In this document: positions 32,701-35,050 of the stretch, one piece after another
Layout of the letters: each line of letters begins with the position of its first letter
How positions within the stretch are numbered: position 1 is the first letter of the stretch
Virus record (IMG/VR): IMGVR_UViG_3300032270_000729
Coordinates: 1 to 35,050 of that record
Strand: one strand, 5' to 3'
Origin: a virus
Taxonomy: Duplodnaviria > Caudoviricetes
Length of the DNA stretch: 35,050 nt
Program-made: the position numbers and the translations under genes
The notes under the pieces: generated by a model
What the model was told of the DNA's origin: nothing
The model's input: the letters and a program-made list of their open reading frames with translations, nothing else
The model's database searches: none

Positions 32701-35050
32701 AGATATTATTGATATTAGACCAAGAGTTACTAATTATGATCCAGGATCTTCAATAAGAAGTCCTTTTGAATTTATCAGTAGAGATTTTTATACTGCAAAA
32801 AATAATGCTTCTCAAATATTATCTCCAAATGAAAATTTTGTTTTTGATTATGAATTTTATCTTCCAAGAAAAGATAAAGTAACTTTATCTAAAAATGGTG
32901 ATCTTAGTATTTCTTTTGGAACTCCTAGTGAAACCCCTATTGAACCAACAGTTTCCCCAGAAGTTTTGGATATTGCTACAATAGTAGCAAGTCCTTATGT
33001 TTATGATATGAGGTCTGATGTAAAAATTATCTTAAAAGATAATAAGAGATATACCATGTCAGATCTTAGATCTCTTGAATCTAGGGTTTCTAATTTAGAG
33101 TATTATACATCATTATCACTTTTAGAATCTTCAACACAAAATTTATTAATTTCTGATGAAAATGGATTGAATAGATTTAAATCTGGAATATTTGTTGATG
33201 AGTTTACTAACTATGAAATGTCTGATGTTAATAATTTAAACTATAATGCTGATATAGTAAACAACTCTTTATCTGCTGTAAAAGAGCAAGAAAAAATAAA
33301 CTTATCATTGTATTCATCAGACAATTTAACGCCATTTTCAAATATTCAAATATCAGATACAAATTCAAGTAATGTAAAAATTGTTAATAACTTACTTTCA
33401 TTATCTTTTACAGAAACAACTCAAACAAAGCAACCTTTTGCAAGTAAAGTTGTTAATGTAAATCCTTTCAATATTATAACTTGGTCTGGAGTTGTAAACT
33501 TAAGTCCAGAAAAAGATTCTTGGACTGTAGTTAGACGTCAAACAATCAATCATAGAGGACGTGGTGCTACTCAAATTACTATTTCCAATACCCAAATTCC
33601 TTTCATAAGAAGTAGAAATATTTCTTTCCAAGTAGGGAGATTGAAACCAAATACAAGATTTAAAGTTCTTTTTGACAAAAAGGACCTAACTTCCAATACA
33701 TTAAAATCAAATGTTTTTCCAAAGTTATTAGAAATTGACAGCAATGTGGGATCTTTCCAAATTGGAGAAACAGTAACTTGCACAGGAAGTGATTCTAAGA
33801 TTAAATCTAAGTTTAGAATTTGTTCACCAAATCATAAAACTGGACCAATTAATAATCCAACATCAGTATTCGTAAAAAATCCTTACAACCCTTCCAGTGG
33901 AATTTCTAGTCAATATGGATCTCAATCTACATTCTTGAACATTGACACTGAAACATTATCTAGAGAAGATATTACTGGATTGTGGGGTAAAATTAGTGTT
34001 GGGGATACATTAAAAGGTCTGACAAGTAATGCTATAGCTAGAGTTTCTGATAATAAATTAATTACTAATGAAGAAGGATATTTGCTTGGTGGAATTTGGA
34101 TTGATGAGAGTGATACATTTAAAACTGGACAGACTCCAGTAGATTTTGTTGTCCAAAATCCAACTCCTAAGGTCCCTGGAGAAGTTGAGGATAGTTCAGG
34201 ATCTTCTACATATGTAACTGAAGGAACTCTAACTACTATAACAACTAATACATGGTCAGATCCTTTAGCACAATCTTTTATAGTAAGAGAGGATAATGGA
34301 ATAGTTCCTACCTCAGTGGATGTTTATTTTTACACTAAAGATACTACAATTCCAATTGAACTACAAATTAGAGAGGTTTCATTAGGAACTCCTGGTGGGA
34401 CTGCAGCAATTGTACCAGGATTAAGAAAAACACTTTCTCCATCAGAAATTAATATTAGCAATGATGCTAGTGTAAGTACAACATTTACTTTTGATAAATT
34501 GGTCAGACTTCCTGCAGGAGAATATGCAATTGTTCTTATTGCAGATTCTGATGCATATAATGTTTGGGTGTCTGAACTTGGATCTGAAGATATTTCTACT
34601 AGAAATCTTCCAGCAGCTAATAAAATCTTTATTACTACACAACCTTCATTGGGAGTTCTTTTCAAATCTCAAAATGGATCTACTTGGATTCCAAGTCCAC
34701 TTGAAGATTTAAAGTTTACCCTAAAGAAAGCAAAATTTAGCACTAGTGGTGGAACTGCAAGATTCTATAACTCTACAGATGCTACAAGAACAGTAGAAAA
34801 TAATCTTCCAAATAATCCAATTACAGCTATTTCAACTTCAGGAACTCCTAATTCTGGAAGACACATTTTAGTGTTCCATCCAAAGCATGGAATGCATTCT
34901 GCAAACAGCAAAGTTGAAATAACAGGGGTTGAATCTGATGTATTACCAACTACATTACAAGTTTCATATGCAAATACATCAACTGGTCCAATATCTGTTG
35001 CCAACACTTCATCATTCGCTACATTTGAAGGATTAAATGTTAGCACTTTA
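29747..35050 (+). CDS. VrlC-like / DUF4815 large virion structural protein, 3'-truncated (>1768 aa), absent from ORF track
   Basis: MPQSTNLNKNPYYDDFSDSKNFYKVLFKPGVTVQTRELTTLQSILQ, APGADRLKI, LARRTFDESGNY, RFKSGIFVD, DPLAQSF and LFKSQNGSTW; the frame appears open to the window end. Confidence 0.88.
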   Translation, partial: MPQSTNLNKNPYYDDFSDSKNFYKVLFKPGVTVQTRELTTLQSILQDQVEKLGSAFFKKNSVVVPGAFAYDASFYAVEVESTYKGIDVETYFDKLVGLTLTGKISQVTAKVEKVLTRSDSSRSNTTFYIKYQSSSTSDFSLSTFSDGEELVVNQDINLSTGAILSGNSVAKTISPVSGSSTSVGSAAKISAGVYFVRGFLVNVNRDLIILDQYSNTPSYRVGLNIQEQIIDSSQDDSLNDNAQGFSNYAAPGADRLKINLTLIKKKLDDYNDEDFIELFRVESGLLINIAPQTDNTFLTDVLARRTFDESGNYYVNPFKLESLESLNDNLGNGGLYTQGETTSIGVEASEDIGVIKVSSGKSYVKGYEIPSNTTLLAFDKPRTTKLVESSSSSFNVGNLLRINNVKNIPNVGLTTTLNLPLYDQRLSGGSASGNEVGLARVYDFSSHITSYVNNSSQFNLNLFDIQVYSKIISDSSLSTIGIGSFVKGSNSGATAFVKGKSGQSLTLYQVAGTFIKNDSLIVNGVLSSVSVGTFTNYSIEDVKSVSDGSFTADTVLSKEILLTGPFTLSVGSGIGTITSNNGAAFASNLKVTDVITYSQIGFTSSVYARITGINTTKTSITLGTVSTVPYVCTGNLGVTTTLQSISCIKPQILQNDDPSLTARLNNQNIADVKFDNSNIYVKVFYQSVTKTSTTINLPSLSGTNYVYASFDEGNYSITNADGSLENLSLSTFTITNGGKNASFTGLSATAGPCKVLTTQIKSKVTQKFKKLSVCNSLVISKTKYTTPQNAGLTYGPIYGLRVDDDQISLNVPDVVQVHGVFESSTTSNPVLPSISFLNLNSPSGISDDLIVGELVIGETSGAVAIYVSKETSSEINLVYKNGNFVLGEPISFSQTGYTAIVSSISAGDRNIVDEFVLDNGQRSHFYDFSRLIRKNGSREPFGRLNIIFDNFTFDATDDGDLIASNSYPSTLSKKLIPSFDGLRNTDIIDIRPRVTNYDPGSSIRSPFEFISRDFYTAKNNASQILSPNENFVFDYEFYLPRKDKVTLSKNGDLSISFGTPSETPIEPTVSPEVLDIATIVASPYVYDMRSDVKIILKDNKRYTMSDLRSLESRVSNLEYYTSLSLLESSTQNLLISDENGLNRFKSGIFVDEFTNYEMSDVNNLNYNADIVNNSLSAVKEQEKINLSLYSSDNLTPFSNIQISDTNSSNVKIVNNLLSLSFTETTQTKQPFASKVVNVNPFNIITWSGVVNLSPEKDSWTVVRRQTINHRGRGATQITISNTQIPFIRSRNISFQVGRLKPNTRFKVLFDKKDLTSNTLKSNVFPKLLEIDSNVGSFQIGETVTCTGSDSKIKSKFRICSPNHKTGPINNPTSVFVKNPYNPSSGISSQYGSQSTFLNIDTETLSREDITGLWGKISVGDTLKGLTSNAIARVSDNKLITNEEGYLLGGIWIDESDTFKTGQTPVDFVVQNPTPKVPGEVEDSSGSSTYVTEGTLTTITTNTWSDPLAQSFIVREDNGIVPTSVDVYFYTKDTTIPIELQIREVSLGTPGGTAAIVPGLRKTLSPSEINISNDASVSTTFTFDKLVRLPAGEYAIVLIADSDAYNVWVSELGSEDISTRNLPAANKIFITTQPSLGVLFKSQNGSTWIPSPLEDLKFTLKKAKFSTSGGTARFYNSTDATRTVENNLPNNPITAISTSGTPNSGRHILVFHPKHGMHSANSKVEITGVESDVLPTTLQVSYANTSTGPISVANTSSFATFEGLNVSTL

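Noticed and set aside
29743-35050. Apparent 5.3-kb gene-poor region with short ORFs (33571-33783, 34330-34665, 34442-34642, 34491-34712, 34765-35046)
   Set aside because: It is one long VrlC/DUF4815-like ORF from ATG 29747 that lacks a stop in the window; the short ORFs are shadows of it.

Overview
This is a 35-kb segment of a T4-like cyanomyovirus-type phage genome, and essentially all real genes are on the + strand. Left part (1-11.8 kb): an accessory/early region of about 40 small ORFs and six tRNA genes (Ser-UGA, Val-UAC, Pro-UGG, Asn-GUU, Ala-UGC, Thr-UGU). The ORFs include an AbrB/MazE-like domain, a KTSC domain, a PD-(D/E)XK exonuclease, a PseT-like HAD phosphatase and an ArdA-like protein. 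This region is divided into modules by 14 direct copies plus one inverted copy of a composite element. Each element has a 24-bp palindrome TGTGMCASTT-N4-AASTGKCACA placed 29-30 bp upstream of an extended -10 box. The 14 direct copies also have a second, sequence-variable but symmetry-conserved inverted repeat over the -10/+1 region, and 10 copies have an ATG at the predicted +1 (leaderless mRNA, often encoding MKNQ...). At 11.76-12.18 kb lies an origin-like locus: seven TTTTCCACA boxes (the cyanobacterial DnaA-box consensus) in convergent orientation, an AT-rich patch and two divergent sigma70-type promoters. Right part (13.3-35 kb): conserved late genes, namely a GT-A-like protein, small conserved ORFs, baseplate gp25, gp6, gp7, a gp7-like protein, gp8 and a VrlC/DUF4815-like protein running off the window. 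All assignments are by eye from motifs; no searches were run.
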